Shown piece after piece: positions 47,823 to 58,324 of a stretch of DNA of 64,000 bases; positions within the stretch are counted from its first letter, which is position 1, and every line of letters starts with the position of its first letter. Under the pieces are notes generated by a model. It did not search any database and was not told where the DNA came from. It was given only the letters and a program-made list of their open reading frames with translations. The stretch is from assembly GCA_052034235.1 (NCBI GenBank), contig JBPOIT010000009.1:8203-72202 (forward strand), given 5' to 3'. A program made the position numbers and the translations under genes. The stretch is from Candidatus Levyibacteriota bacterium. Lineage in GTDB: Bacteria; Patescibacteriota; Microgenomatia; Levybacterales; UBA12049.

Positions 47823-49433
47823 ATGAGACATCGTTGGTTTAAGTTATTTTTTGTTGAATTGCCTCTTTTTGCTTTTGTTGGGCTGTTTGTTTGGGTGACG
47901 ATGAAGGCACTTCCCTCGCCTGCGGGAGGAGCAAGTATTTTTGAGTTGTATGTTACTTCTCATGTACAAAATCTCACCCTTCCACTTCTGCTCTACTTCT
48001 TTTTTTTGGTGTTGTATATCGTTATTGGAACGCAGATTTCTTCGAGGTATCACTCTCATCAGCGAAATATTGGGACGCGTAGTGTTCGTTATGCATTTGC
48101 ACTAGCTGCGATTTTAATTGTGTCTCTTCCCCTTTCATTTGTCGTGACGTATGTTGTTGCGTTTACGCAGATTAATTATGCTATTTACTCCTACAATTAC
48201 AAGGACGCGCAAAAGGATATTCTGACGAGCCCTCAGGCGATTGCAGACGCAATTACGTATACTGATAAGCTCAGTATCACAACGCTCTCTCCTGATACCT
48301 ATAAAAAAGACATACTGCTGTTATATATGAAACAGAAAAACGGTTTCTATGAAGAGAAATTCCTTCCAGGTTTTCCCTACATTCTCTATCAGCGCAGTTA
48401 TATTCCCTACAGTACACTTTTTCTCACCAATAACACACTCGTCGCAACAAGTATCTCTAAAAGAGACCTTTCAATAATCAGCCCTGCACTTGGCAAAATG
48501 ATTATTGAGCACAGCTTATTAGATCCAATTCAGAAAGGGCTGCCGACTGTTGATATTCTGTCACATGACGCATACATTGATTTTCGAAAACGAAGCATTG
48601 TGACACAAGTCGGTAAAATTGATGATGTCATTTATGCGGTTGATGATAGAATCGCCACAGTCAGTGCCTTTATCGCCGAGAATGAAAATTCTATTTCAAA
48701 GAACAATAATCTCAAAGAAACAACACTTGCTAAACAGCAAACAATCACCTGCAAAACACCTGAAAAATGTGAAGCCGCCAAAGAGAAATTGCAAAAGATC
48801 GTCGACCAGGCAGATAAAAATATCGCCAATGCAACCATTGCCATGCAAGGTAATCAGCAGGTACTCGGTGCAACAATTACCAACAAAAATACCCTCATTA
48901 CAAAACGTAACGAGCTGGCAGGAACGCAGGAACTGACTGAATATGAATTGGGGGTTTTTGTACCTGAAAACAAAATTAAAATGACACTTGATACAGAAAG
49001 TGAAGATGTTTTTGATGCGTATATTTCAACCCTAGCGCATGAATATCTTCACTATTTCTCCTATGTCGACGCCGAACATAAACTCGATCATTTTTTTGAA
49101 GAAGGTTTAACTGAATATTTTGCAAGAATTGCGGTCCAGCACTACACCGGCAAATCACTTGATCTCGGCTACCCGATGAGTTATCGCATAATTGCGGCTA
49201 TGGTAAATGATATTCCAAAACGTGAGTTTTTCAATGTCTATGTTGAGAAAGATCAAAAAGCGCTTGAAGCACTGCTTGATAAAACATATGGGAAATCATT
49301 CTATAAAACCAATGCAGCAATTCTTAATCAACTCAGCTATCTCCCCTTTGATCAATCACTTGATGCCGCAAATATCATCATGGCAGATATCAATGCCAAA
49401 CCTCTTAAAAAAGAAGACTTTTCAAAGAAATAA
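47823..49433 (+). CDS. Membrane-anchored putative zinc metallopeptidase (HExxH...E, gluzincin-like)
   Basis: The ATG at 47823 follows the upstream stop directly, with GGAGG 17 nt upstream; an alternative start is at 47769. There are several N-terminal TM helices. The motif AHEYLHYFSYVDAEHKLDHFFEEGLTEYF reads as HExxH plus a downstream Glu. Confidence 0.55.
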   Translation: MRHRWFKLFFVELPLFAFVGLFVWVTMKALPSPAGGASIFELYVTSHVQNLTLPLLLYFFFLVLYIVIGTQISSRYHSHQRNIGTRSVRYAFALAAILIVSLPLSFVVTYVVAFTQINYAIYSYNYKDAQKDILTSPQAIADAITYTDKLSITTLSPDTYKKDILLLYMKQKNGFYEEKFLPGFPYILYQRSYIPYSTLFLTNNTLVATSISKRDLSIISPALGKMIIEHSLLDPIQKGLPTVDILSHDAYIDFRKRSIVTQVGKIDDVIYAVDDRIATVSAFIAENENSISKNNNLKETTLAKQQTITCKTPEKCEAAKEKLQKIVDQADKNIANATIAMQGNQQVLGATITNKNTLITKRNELAGTQELTEYELGVFVPENKIKMTLDTESEDVFDAYISTLAHEYLHYFSYVDAEHKLDHFFEEGLTEYFARIAVQHYTGKSLDLGYPMSYRIIAAMVNDIPKREFFNVYVEKDQKALEALLDKTYGKSFYKTNAAILNQLSYLPFDQSLDAANIIMADINAKPLKKEDFSKK

Positions 49434-49441
49434 CATAGACG

Positions 49442-49927
49442 CTACGGGGTAACTGAAGGAATCTCACTAGGTGCAGTTGATGGTGGCACACTTGTAGGAG
49501 TTGCTGTCGGTGTTGGCGTTGCTGTTGGATCAGGATTGTTTGGAGCTGTTGTTGGCGTCGGTGTTGGTGTATTCGTAGCTGTCGGACTTTCAGTTGGTGT
49601 AGGGCCTTTGGTGGGCGTTTTTGAAGGTATTTGTTTGCCTGTTACAAGCGGCACTGCCTGTCTGACTGAGGGATATGGAAGAGCACGGTAATCACCTGAT
49701 CCTTTGACATCTTTTTGACCGAATTCTAATTCACCGGTTGGAAAGGGATTTGCACCGGATGCATTTCCTCCCCCTCCTGATGCAAGCCACATAATTCCTC
49801 CCACAACGACAAACACTGAGACAATCGAAACCGCAACTGTTAAGTGGTATCTATCGATAGACCATGATTTCTCCTGATTACCGATGACTGAAAGTACCTC
49901 TACTTTGTCCTCTTGTGGTGTTTCCAT
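49442..49927 (-). CDS. Small membrane protein with a Pro/Thr-rich C-terminal linker
   Basis: 161 aa. One TM helix (LTVAVSIVSVFVVVGGIMWLA) followed by the low-complexity stretch TPTKGPTPTESPTATNTPTPTPTTAPNNPDPTATPTPTATPTSVPPSTAP. Confidence 0.45.
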   Translation of the reverse strand: METPQEDKVEVLSVIGNQEKSWSIDRYHLTVAVSIVSVFVVVGGIMWLASGGGGNASGANPFPTGELEFGQKDVKGSGDYRALPYPSVRQAVPLVTGKQIPSKTPTKGPTPTESPTATNTPTPTPTTAPNNPDPTATPTPTATPTSVPPSTAPSEIPSVTP

Positions 49928-50033
49928 AGGCTTACTTTAAGTGTAACACGCGATAACCAATTTGCCAAATATGACAGCTTTATATTATGTTTTCTCGGAG
50001 ATTTTTCGTTTGCTCTGTCGTTTAATTAGAAGT

Positions 50034-52361
50034 TTATTGTTGTGCAGGTTGTGCTTGCTGTCCGTTCTGTTGATCTTGGCCTTGTGCAGGTGTCAACGGT
50101 GGGATGTTTGCTGCTGGATTTGGTCTAACACTTGGTGCTGGTGTAACTGATGGTGGGTTTGCAGTGTTGACGTTAACATCTGGCTGGTTTGGATCAGCAA
50201 GTGCACTATCTGCTTTAGCTGCTGAAGCTGATGCTGCACTCTGTGCGTTTGCATCTTTTACTTTAGCTGCTAATTCATCTCGGAGTTTGGATGCGATTTT
50301 GTAATCATTACTATCTTTGTTGACTTCAAGAAGTTTGACTGCTTGATCTGCAACTGCTTTTGCATTTTGGACATCACCTTTGTCACGGAGTGCGATTGAC
50401 AGGTTGAAGTAAGCATTTGCATAATCTGGTTTCAGGTTAGCTGCGTCAGAGAAGAATCTGATAGCAAGGTCATAGTTTTTGATTGAGTAATAGATACCGC
50501 CGACGTTGACACGAAGTGCAGGATTCAATGGATCTCTCTGAATTGCTCTACCGTATGAGTCGAGTGAGAAGACAAGTGCGTTTTGTGCAACTCCTGCAAT
50601 GTTTCGGTATATTGAAGCGAGTACTTCCCAATTTCGTGCTGATCGTGGACTCAAGGCGATACTTGCTCGTGCTTCATTTACTGATTGTGAAAGGAGCTGT
50701 TGGATTGTTTGACGATCCTGATCGGTCAATGTACCTTTGTCCTCTGCTGATTTAGGTCCTTTTTGTGCTGCGAGTGCGTTTGCGAGTGCAAAGTTGGTTT
50801 GTGCCATATCAACTCTGTAAAGGTCGATGTATGGATTCAATGTTTCTGCTTTTTGCAGGTTTTGATAGGTCAGAGTTCCATTTTTACTTGCTTGTACAAG
50901 TGCTTGACGATGATAGTAGTCCGCTGCAACTGCACTGTATGTTCTGATAACGACTGGTACAGCTGCGATCAGGAAGACAACAAAGACGATGATTGGGAAC
51001 AAGTCAAACTGTTTGTTATCTGATGTTGATGCTTTGATGCCCATTGAAAGTGCCATTTCTTTCTCGCGAATTGACTTCTGTGACACCATGAGTGCTGCGA
51101 AGATAAACAGTGTGATGACGAATGAGACAAGTGTTGTTGTGTGCATTGCGAGCAGTACGACTCCGACGAGTCCACTGATTGCGAGTGCAGGAAGCAAGAC
51201 ATGTGGATTGTTACTTTCAGTATCTTTCGCTGTGTCAACTGACATGTGTTTGCGAGCATTGTTCAGGACGACGATGCAGACAAAGATGAGTGCGAGCAGT
51301 CCGAAGACTCCGAGTGTGCCAAGCATTTGCAGGAATTCGTTTGATGCTGTGTCGAATGAGACATTCCAGTATGCAAGTTGGTTGAATTCAAGTGGTTTGT
51401 AGCTTGTGAAATTGTACAGGTAGGTTGAAGGACCTGTGCCGATGAAAGGTGCATCACGGAATGCTGATGCTGAGACTTTCCATGAGACTGCGAATGGCAA
51501 CTGTATTTCTTTAGGAAAACTTGCTTGCATTTTCTGCAGTCCGTCCATGCCGCCTGGCAATGGAGCATAAGAAAGGACGAGTGTTAAGACCGTGACGACG
51601 ACTGGAATAAGTGCGAATGCAAGTGTTTTTTTAACCTGTGCAGGTTTGCTGATGAAAAAGCTGACTGCAAAGACAATGAGCAGTGCAATGTAGCTTGCGA
51701 TAGAGCCGGTAAGGACGATTGTGACTGCAAATAGGATTGAGATTGCGATTGCAACAGGTGATGGAATATATTTATTTGGGTTGATGATTGACAACAGTGC
51801 CATAGGTAATAAGAGCAGCAGCATTGCAATTGTTGAGAATGACGAACCAGTTGGCGTGAAGTTAACAGCCCGTGCAAAGTCCATTGGTAGGAATGCGCCG
51901 AAGAAGGAAAGGATACTTATAAGAGAGACGACAACCGCGCTGCCGAATAAGACATATATAAAGGTCTTGATTTGTGCCAAGCTTTTTAAGTGACTGACCG
52001 TTACGAAGTACAATAATATATAAGTAACCCAAGCCACAGCTGAGCCATGAACACGTGGGAAGTTACCAAAGATTGCGGTATTTTTTGAATCAGTAAAGTA
52101 TGTCGAGACAAGGACTGCAACGAGCAGTAGGATTAAAGGAATATCAAGCGGCGTTCTTGTCACAACTACCTTCCCTTTAATAATAGAAGAGAAAATCCAA
52201 AGACCAATTAAAAGAAGTGTTGCGACCAAAAGAAATACCAATTTTGGAATTTCAAAGAATTCAGTCATTTGGTTAAAGAAGAGAAGAGGTGTTAATCCGA
52301 CAACAATTAGAAGTATAAATGTTATTGCGTGATCCAAATAGGTAGACAGTGTTTTTTTCAT
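50034..52361 (-). CDS. O-antigen ligase (Wzy_C)-like polytopic membrane protein with C-terminal TPR repeats and a Q/A/P-rich tail
   Basis: 775 aa. About 12 predicted TM helices in the N-terminal 450 aa. TPR-like helices (YANAYFNLSIALRDKGDVQNAKAVADQAVKLLE). Low-complexity C-terminus. Confidence 0.55.
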   Translation of the reverse strand: MKKTLSTYLDHAITFILLIVVGLTPLLFFNQMTEFFEIPKLVFLLVATLLLIGLWIFSSIIKGKVVVTRTPLDIPLILLLVAVLVSTYFTDSKNTAIFGNFPRVHGSAVAWVTYILLYFVTVSHLKSLAQIKTFIYVLFGSAVVVSLISILSFFGAFLPMDFARAVNFTPTGSSFSTIAMLLLLLPMALLSIINPNKYIPSPVAIAISILFAVTIVLTGSIASYIALLIVFAVSFFISKPAQVKKTLAFALIPVVVTVLTLVLSYAPLPGGMDGLQKMQASFPKEIQLPFAVSWKVSASAFRDAPFIGTGPSTYLYNFTSYKPLEFNQLAYWNVSFDTASNEFLQMLGTLGVFGLLALIFVCIVVLNNARKHMSVDTAKDTESNNPHVLLPALAISGLVGVVLLAMHTTTLVSFVITLFIFAALMVSQKSIREKEMALSMGIKASTSDNKQFDLFPIIVFVVFLIAAVPVVIRTYSAVAADYYHRQALVQASKNGTLTYQNLQKAETLNPYIDLYRVDMAQTNFALANALAAQKGPKSAEDKGTLTDQDRQTIQQLLSQSVNEARASIALSPRSARNWEVLASIYRNIAGVAQNALVFSLDSYGRAIQRDPLNPALRVNVGGIYYSIKNYDLAIRFFSDAANLKPDYANAYFNLSIALRDKGDVQNAKAVADQAVKLLEVNKDSNDYKIASKLRDELAAKVKDANAQSAASASAAKADSALADPNQPDVNVNTANPPSVTPAPSVRPNPAANIPPLTPAQGQDQQNGQQAQPAQQ

Positions 52362-52484
52362 AACTATATATTCTTCAGAAGGAATGTCTTGTAAAAAACA
52401 CCTTTCTAAAGTTTGTTTAATTGATTAATAATATTAAGACAGAAAATGATTTACACGTCAATAAGCAATTTTATACCCTATCCC

Positions 52485-52514
52485 TTGACAACAAGCATTT
52501 AGGTTCGATACAAT
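52485..52514 (+). promoter_or_regulatory. Sigma70-like promoter TTGACA-18nt-TACAAT, ending 6 nt before the ATG of the transposase fragment (leaderless-type transcript)
   Basis: ttgaca at 52485-52490 and tacaat at 52509-52514. Confidence 0.45.
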
Positions 52515-52520
52515 ATATTT

Positions 52521-52994
52521 ATGGTCGAAAACTTCACTCTTTCACAATTCAATTCTCTCTACCCTACAGATGATATTTGTCTTGAGAAAATCAAGAGAAT
52601 TAAATACCCCAAAGGTATCGTTTGTATATCCTGTAAAAAAATAACCAAGCATTACAAGGTAAAGAATAGACCTGCTTACACGTGCAAAATCTGTCGAAGT
52701 CAATTGTATCCACTTGCCGGTACAATTTTTGAAAAATCCTCTACTCCACTACGATTATGGTTTTATTCCCTCTATCTCATGATCACAACAAGAGGAGATG
52801 TCTCGGCAAAAGGCCTTCAGAGGGAATTAGGAGTAACATACAAAACTGCATGGAGAATACGTAGTGCAATTTATAAACTGATGGCCCAAAACGGAGGCGA
52901 CTTACTTGCAAAAGAGCCAGAGGAAAATACTATTAAAAAATGGACCTTCTTCAAACGTCTTACCTTTAGTGTCACAGAAACACAAAAAGGTTAG
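52521..52994 (+). mobile_element. IS1595-family (ISXO2-like) transposase, N-terminal zinc-ribbon/HTH fragment only. The DDE catalytic domain is absent.
   Basis: 157 aa. The CxxC...CxxC zinc ribbon and PLRLWFYSLYLMITTRGDVSAKGLQRELGVTYKTAWRIRSAI match the N-terminal module of IS1595/ISXO2 transposases. No DDE-domain ORF follows in any frame. Confidence 0.6.
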
Positions 52995-53207
52995 TGATAC
53001 TTACTGAGGGAGTCTCACTGCTCGTTTTAATAATTCATTAAAGTCTTTTTCGGTCGTCGCCTTCTCCCCTTTTTTAAAAAGCTTTCTTACTTTTTTATCT
53101 CGAATGACAATTCGCTCTGATTTCGATTTCATAGTGTGAGTATACATTATATATGTATTGTGAAGAAAGAGTGGTGTATGGAATAAATCTTCTAGAACAT
53201 GCTATTA

Positions 53208-54245
53208 TAAATAGAGTATGCTCGCTAAATTCCTTTCCGCTGCCGTTGTTGGCCTTGATGCACTCCCCGTTGAAGTAGAAGTCGACATCGCATCGCAAGG
53301 ACTTCCCTCGTTTACCATTGTGGGACTCCCTGATAAAGCAGTTGAAGAGGCAAGAGAGAGTTCGTTCTGCCATGCGTAATACAGGCGCTGATTTCCCAGC
53401 ACGCAGAATAACTGTCAATCTCTCCCCGTATGACAGTTGAGAAGATGGTTGAAGAAACCAAAATTTACAGCGTCGCAGGACTCTTAGGAAAAGAACCAAT
53501 GATTCGCAGACGGCCTTTTCGAGCACCGCATCATACAACCTCGCTTGTCGGACTGATTGGTGGTGATTCATACCCAAAACCTGGGGAAATCACCCTTGCC
53601 CACCTCGGCGTATTATTTTTAGATGAATTTCCTGAGTTTCCTAGAAACGTTTTGGAGAGCTTAAGACAACCTATTGAAGATAATATCGTCTCAATTTCCC
53701 GCGCCAGCGGCAAAACAACCTTCCCAGCTAAGTGTATGTTATTCGCTGCGCATAACCCGTGTCCATGTGGATATCTTGGGGATAAGTCCCACAATTGTAC
53801 TTGTGCACCGGGACAAATCTTGAAATATCAAAAGAAACTCTCCGGTCCACTACTTGACCGTATTGATATACATGTGCATGTTCCAGCGGTAAAAGTTGAG
53901 AAGCTCACTGAAAAAGACACAACAGGCATTGAAGATTCAGCGACAATAAGAGAACGCGTACAAAATGCCAGAGATCGACAATTATATAGGTATAAGAAAA
54001 CAACAATAACTGCCAATGCCGAGCTCTCCAATAAAGCAATAAAAGAATATTGCGCGTTATCCGATGAATGTATACCCATCCTCCGAATGGCAGTCAGCAA
54101 AATGCTATTATCAGGAAAGTCGTATTACCGTATTCTCAAACTTTCACGAACCATTGCTGATTTGGATGATAAAACAGACATTTTGCCAAATCACATAGCA
54201 GAAGCTCTCCAATACCGCCCAAAAACAGAATCAGCTAATGCCTAA
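53208..54245 (+). pseudogene. comM: comM/yifB (Mg-chelatase-like AAA+ ATPase) pseudogene with a +1 frameshift near 53360 and a ~190-codon internal deletion
   Basis: Frame 1 from 53208 reads [47 protein letters not shown], which is the ComM N-terminus. A shifted frame continues [26 protein letters not shown], then hits a stop. The ORF at 53430 resumes at MTVEKMVEETKIYSVAGLL...RRPFRAPHHTTSLVGLIGG...VLFLDEFPEF..., which corresponds to ComM residues ~260 to the end. The region with the Walker A motif is missing. Confidence 0.6.
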
Positions 54246-54288
54246 GATGATTTCACACGACATAACTATTCTGTTAGAATAATGAGAC

Positions 54289-56643
54289 ATGGATAAAGGA
54301 CTCACTGCCCGGGAGGTTCTTCTTGCTCGAACAAAATATGGCAAGAATATTATCTCAGCCAACAATTCCACATCAATTCTCCATATTTTTGGATCACAAT
54401 TACTGACAACAATTAACTTTATTCTCTTTTTTGCCGGAGTTTTCTTCCTAGTAACACAAGATTCAATTGATGGTTTTTTTATCTTTGCAGTCATTATTAT
54501 TAATGCATGTTTTGGTTTTATTCAGGAGTACCGCGCGGAAAAATCACTTGAGAAACTCAAACAATTTGCGGCACCGATTGCAAGAGTTAAAAGGGATAAT
54601 AAGGAGCAAGAAATACTCGCTGAGGACTTAGTGCCTGGCGACTTAGTCATCCTCTCAGAAGGATCTCGTATACCAGCTGATGGAATGATCATGAATGAGA
54701 GCATGCTTGAAGTTGATGAATCAATCCTTACGGGTGAATCAATTGCCGTTGTTAAGAATTCGCAGGATACGGTGTACTGGGGAACGCTCGTCACAAAAGG
54801 AAATGCATTGATGCGGGTAGAAAAAATAGGCATGGAGACACGATTTGGACAAATTGCCCACACGCTTACTGATATAAAAGAAGAAAAGACACCTCTCCAA
54901 AAGAACTTTGATCAATTAGGCAAGACTCTCTCCTTATTTGCACTTGGTGCAGGCTTTTTAATTATTCCGGCAGGTCTCTTTCATAATGTAGATATCGTTC
55001 CACTACTACTCATTGCAGGAACGATTGGTGTAGCGGCTATCCCAGAAGGTTTACCCGCCGTTATTACGATTGCTTTCGCGCTCGGGACACATAGAATGGC
55101 AAAAAATAACGCAATTGTACGTAAAATGGCAGCAATTGAAACCTTAGGCGCTATTCAAGTCATTGTTTCAGATAAAACCGGAACAATAACCCAAAATAAA
55201 ATGACCGTGAAAGAGTATTGGCTGAGCGACAATGCAACATTACATTTTTTTGTACGCGCATGTTTACTTGGAAATACAGCTTCGCTTGTAGAGAAAGCGA
55301 ATAATGACTTTGATATCATTGGTGACCAAACAGACGGCGCAATGCTGGTTTGGGCAAAAGGACATGAAGCACTTGCAAAGACTGAAGGAGGAAAGGTCCT
55401 AGATGAATACGTGTTTGATAATAATACAAAAACAATATCCACACTTTGGCATCATAACGCACACGAATATGCATTTGTACGAGGAGCTCCTGAATCAGTA
55501 ATTGCGCGATGTAAAGTTTCAGAACATGAGAAAGTACGCATCCAAAAACAGGTTGAGATGTATGCAAAGACAGGACTCAGAACAATTGGTTTTGCATACA
55601 AACGTGCCGAGAAAATTGATAAAAAGGATAGAGCAGTAATAGAAAATGGATTAACATTTCTGGGAATACTAGCCATTTACGATCCCCCACGCCCAGAAAT
55701 AAAAGAAGCCCTCGCCAAAGCACGAGGAGCAGGCATACAAGTAATGATGGTCACTGGAGATAATGAATACACAGCGCTCGCGCTTTCAAAAGAAGTAGGA
55801 CTCGTAGAAAACGATGAAGATGTTGTTACTGGTGACGAACTCGAAAAGCTTTCAGATGAACAACTATCATCAATCCTTCTTAAAACAAGAATTTTTGCTC
55901 GTACAAAACCTGAACAGAAATTAAGGATAACGACTTTGCTTCAAAAAATGGGAATTATTGTCGGGGTAACAGGCGACGGTGTAAACGATGCGCTTGCTTT
56001 AAAGAAAGCAAATGTCGGCGTTTCTATGGGCAAAAAAGGTACTGATGTTGCAAAAGAAGCATCGGATATTATCCTCGCAGACGACAATTTTGCAACGCTT
56101 GTAAAAGCGATTGAAGAAGGACGAATTATTTATAAAAATATTGTTAACGCAATTCTCTATTTGATCTCTGGAAATCTTGCTAAAATTCTTCTTGTTTTCA
56201 TGACGACACTTTTCAACCTACCTTTGCCCCTTTTACCTACTCAAATTTTATGGATAAACCTTATTACTGATAGTATTCCAGCCCTCGCATTAGCGACAGG
56301 TACTCGAGATAGTTCTGTACTTCTTCATAAACCCCGAGACCCAAAATCACAACTACTTAACACAGAAAGACTGCTGATGGTAACCGTTATTGCACTCGCA
56401 CTTGCCGACGCTATGTTATTTCAATACTATTTTCTCTTAAAAACTATACCGGTGGAAGAAGCGCGTACTATAATTTTTAATAGTTTAGTATATTCTCATT
56501 TACTTATTGTCATTGTCTTCGGATGGCATTCGATAAGGAAAGGAAACAAAACTCTTATAATGACGATCGTGTTTATCGTTCTCCTTCAACTATTTGTCAC
56601 TTTTAATCCATTCCTCCAGATACTATTACATTTGAAAGTATAA
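54289..56643 (+). CDS. P-type cation-transporting ATPase (type IIA/SERCA-like, probably Ca2+/Mg2+)
   Basis: 784 aa. Motifs PEGLPAVITIAFALGTHRMAKNNAIVRKMAAIETLGAIQVIVSDKTGTITQNKMTV (DKTGT), MVTGDN and GDGVNDALALKKANVGVSMG. Confidence 0.85.
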   Translation: MDKGLTAREVLLARTKYGKNIISANNSTSILHIFGSQLLTTINFILFFAGVFFLVTQDSIDGFFIFAVIIINACFGFIQEYRAEKSLEKLKQFAAPIARVKRDNKEQEILAEDLVPGDLVILSEGSRIPADGMIMNESMLEVDESILTGESIAVVKNSQDTVYWGTLVTKGNALMRVEKIGMETRFGQIAHTLTDIKEEKTPLQKNFDQLGKTLSLFALGAGFLIIPAGLFHNVDIVPLLLIAGTIGVAAIPEGLPAVITIAFALGTHRMAKNNAIVRKMAAIETLGAIQVIVSDKTGTITQNKMTVKEYWLSDNATLHFFVRACLLGNTASLVEKANNDFDIIGDQTDGAMLVWAKGHEALAKTEGGKVLDEYVFDNNTKTISTLWHHNAHEYAFVRGAPESVIARCKVSEHEKVRIQKQVEMYAKTGLRTIGFAYKRAEKIDKKDRAVIENGLTFLGILAIYDPPRPEIKEALAKARGAGIQVMMVTGDNEYTALALSKEVGLVENDEDVVTGDELEKLSDEQLSSILLKTRIFARTKPEQKLRITTLLQKMGIIVGVTGDGVNDALALKKANVGVSMGKKGTDVAKEASDIILADDNFATLVKAIEEGRIIYKNIVNAILYLISGNLAKILLVFMTTLFNLPLPLLPTQILWINLITDSIPALALATGTRDSSVLLHKPRDPKSQLLNTERLLMVTVIALALADAMLFQYYFLLKTIPVEEARTIIFNSLVYSHLLIVIVFGWHSIRKGNKTLIMTIVFIVLLQLFVTFNPFLQILLHLKV

Positions 56644-56674
56644 CAGGACAATTTTCTACGATAAAAGAGGCTAA

Positions 56675-57709
56675 CTATAACAACGGTTGCTGTTTGTCTG
56701 CAGTTTTTTTAAATGAACGTCCAATATGAATATATGCAGCCTCTGTTGCAACTCTTCCCCTTGGCGTTCGCTGCAGAAACCCTAGCTGGAGTAAATAAGG
56801 TTCAACAATATCTTCAAGTGTGCCGCTATCCTCTGAAATAGTTGCCGCAATCGTATCTATGCCAACCGGCCCGCCTTTATGTTTTTCAATAATTGCTTTG
56901 AGAAACTTCATGTCCAATGGATCCAAACCTTTTTCGTCGACATCAAGCATTTTTAATGCGTCCTCAGTAGCTTTTTCATCAATGTGCCCGTGACCACGAA
57001 CTTGGGCATAGTCTCTCACTCTTTTTAATAATTTCAGAGCAATTCTGGGTGTACCCCTTGCACGTCTCGCAATTTCATGAATACTGTCTTTATCAACATT
57101 AATATTCAGTTTTTTAGCAGCACCCTCGATAATCTTTCCTAATTCTACAGGGTCATAAAAATTTAACCGATGAACAACGCCAAACCTATCACGAAGTGGC
57201 GCAGAAAGCATACCAGCCCTTGTGGTCGCACCGATAATGGTAAACTGCGGCAAATCCAAACGCATCGTTCTCGCAGACGGTCCTTTCCCCAAAACGATAT
57301 CAAGCGCATAATCTTCCATGGCAGGATACATTGTCTCCTCAACTGCTTTATTTAACCTATGAATTTCATCAATAAACAGAATATCTCCTTTTTCGAGATT
57401 GGTAAGAATTGAGGCTAGATCCCCTGCTCTTTCAAGCGCTGGCCCAGTTGTCACACGTATATTAGCGCCCATTTCGCGCGCAACGATATGCGCAAGTGAG
57501 GTCTTACCGAGTCCAGGAGGTCCATAAAGGAGTATATGTTCAATTGCTTCTTCACGTTTTCTTGCAGCTTCTATGGCTATTTGTAGTGAGGTTTTAACAC
57601 CTTGTTGACCATGAAATTCATTCCAAGAACCAGCGCGTAGGGATGTAATCAGAACTTCTTCTTCAATTGTCACATCTTCAGCTTGTAGCACATTTTGTTT
57701 TTTTGTCAT
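56675..57709 (-). CDS. ruvB: Holliday junction branch-migration ATPase RuvB
   Basis: 344 aa. Walker [18 protein letters not shown] and the conserved RuvB-family C-terminal winged-helix region. Confidence 0.9.
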   Translation of the reverse strand: MTKKQNVLQAEDVTIEEEVLITSLRAGSWNEFHGQQGVKTSLQIAIEAARKREEAIEHILLYGPPGLGKTSLAHIVAREMGANIRVTTGPALERAGDLASILTNLEKGDILFIDEIHRLNKAVEETMYPAMEDYALDIVLGKGPSARTMRLDLPQFTIIGATTRAGMLSAPLRDRFGVVHRLNFYDPVELGKIIEGAAKKLNINVDKDSIHEIARRARGTPRIALKLLKRVRDYAQVRGHGHIDEKATEDALKMLDVDEKGLDPLDMKFLKAIIEKHKGGPVGIDTIAATISEDSGTLEDIVEPYLLQLGFLQRTPRGRVATEAAYIHIGRSFKKTADKQQPLL

Positions 57710-57710
57710 A

Positions 57711-58283
57711 CTATTTTCCTAAATATTTAAGCGCCAACATTACTTTTGCCTCAACAGTCTCCCCTTTTCCGTTAAGTGCTCTGATTGCATCCTGCACTTC
57801 ACCCGTTGAATAACCAAAGGCCTTTAATGCTGATTGAAGCTCTCCTTGTTCTGCTCCAGCATCAGAAAGATCAATATCTCCACCTGCTCCTAATTTGTTT
57901 TTAAGTTCAATAATGATTTTTTGTCCATTCTTTTTCCCAAGTCTTGGAACAGACGTGAAAAACGACACATCACCATCTCTAATAGCCTGTATAATCTCGT
58001 TTCGAGAACCAACTGCAAAAATACCAGTAGCAGTCCTACACCCAACACCGGAGACACTAATCAGATATTCAAAGAGTTTTAAATCTTGTGGTTCAGTAAA
58101 GCCATACAGTTCAAGCAAATCTTCCCGCACATGTGTATGGGTAAATACCTTTATTTCATCACCAATATTAATACGAGCCAAAACAGCTGTGGGGACTACT
58201 ACTTTATAACCGACTCCGTGGACATCGATAATGAGGAATGGATCTTCCCGGTATTCTATAATTCCTTTTAGCGTTCCTATCAT
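57711..58283 (-). CDS. ruvA: Holliday junction DNA-binding protein RuvA
   Basis: The start was moved to [11 protein letters not shown] (ATG at 58283), which matches the canonical RuvA N-terminus MIGRLRG and removes the overlap with the upstream gene. The HhH region reads [10 protein letters not shown]. Confidence 0.8.
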   Translation of the reverse strand: MIGTLKGIIEYREDPFLIIDVHGVGYKVVVPTAVLARINIGDEIKVFTHTHVREDLLELYGFTEPQDLKLFEYLISVSGVGCRTATGIFAVGSRNEIIQAIRDGDVSFFTSVPRLGKKNGQKIIIELKNKLGAGGDIDLSDAGAEQGELQSALKAFGYSTGEVQDAIRALNGKGETVEAKVMLALKYLGK

Positions 58284-58324
58284 AAGGCAGTGAATTACTG
58301 AGATTATAACACACAAACTTGAGG

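Noticed and set aside
50104-51993. Plus-strand ORFs antisense to the O-antigen-ligase/TPR gene (50104-50304, 50516-51023, 50989-51402, 51721-51993)
   Set aside because: They lie inside a 775-aa minus-strand ORF with coherent TM and TPR architecture. The + strand translations are Cys-rich low-complexity artefacts.
53095-53577. Minus-strand 160-aa ORF overlapping the comM pseudogene region
   Set aside because: It is antisense to recognisable ComM-coding sequence ([10 protein letters not shown]... / [22 protein letters not shown]), and its translation has no recognisable features.
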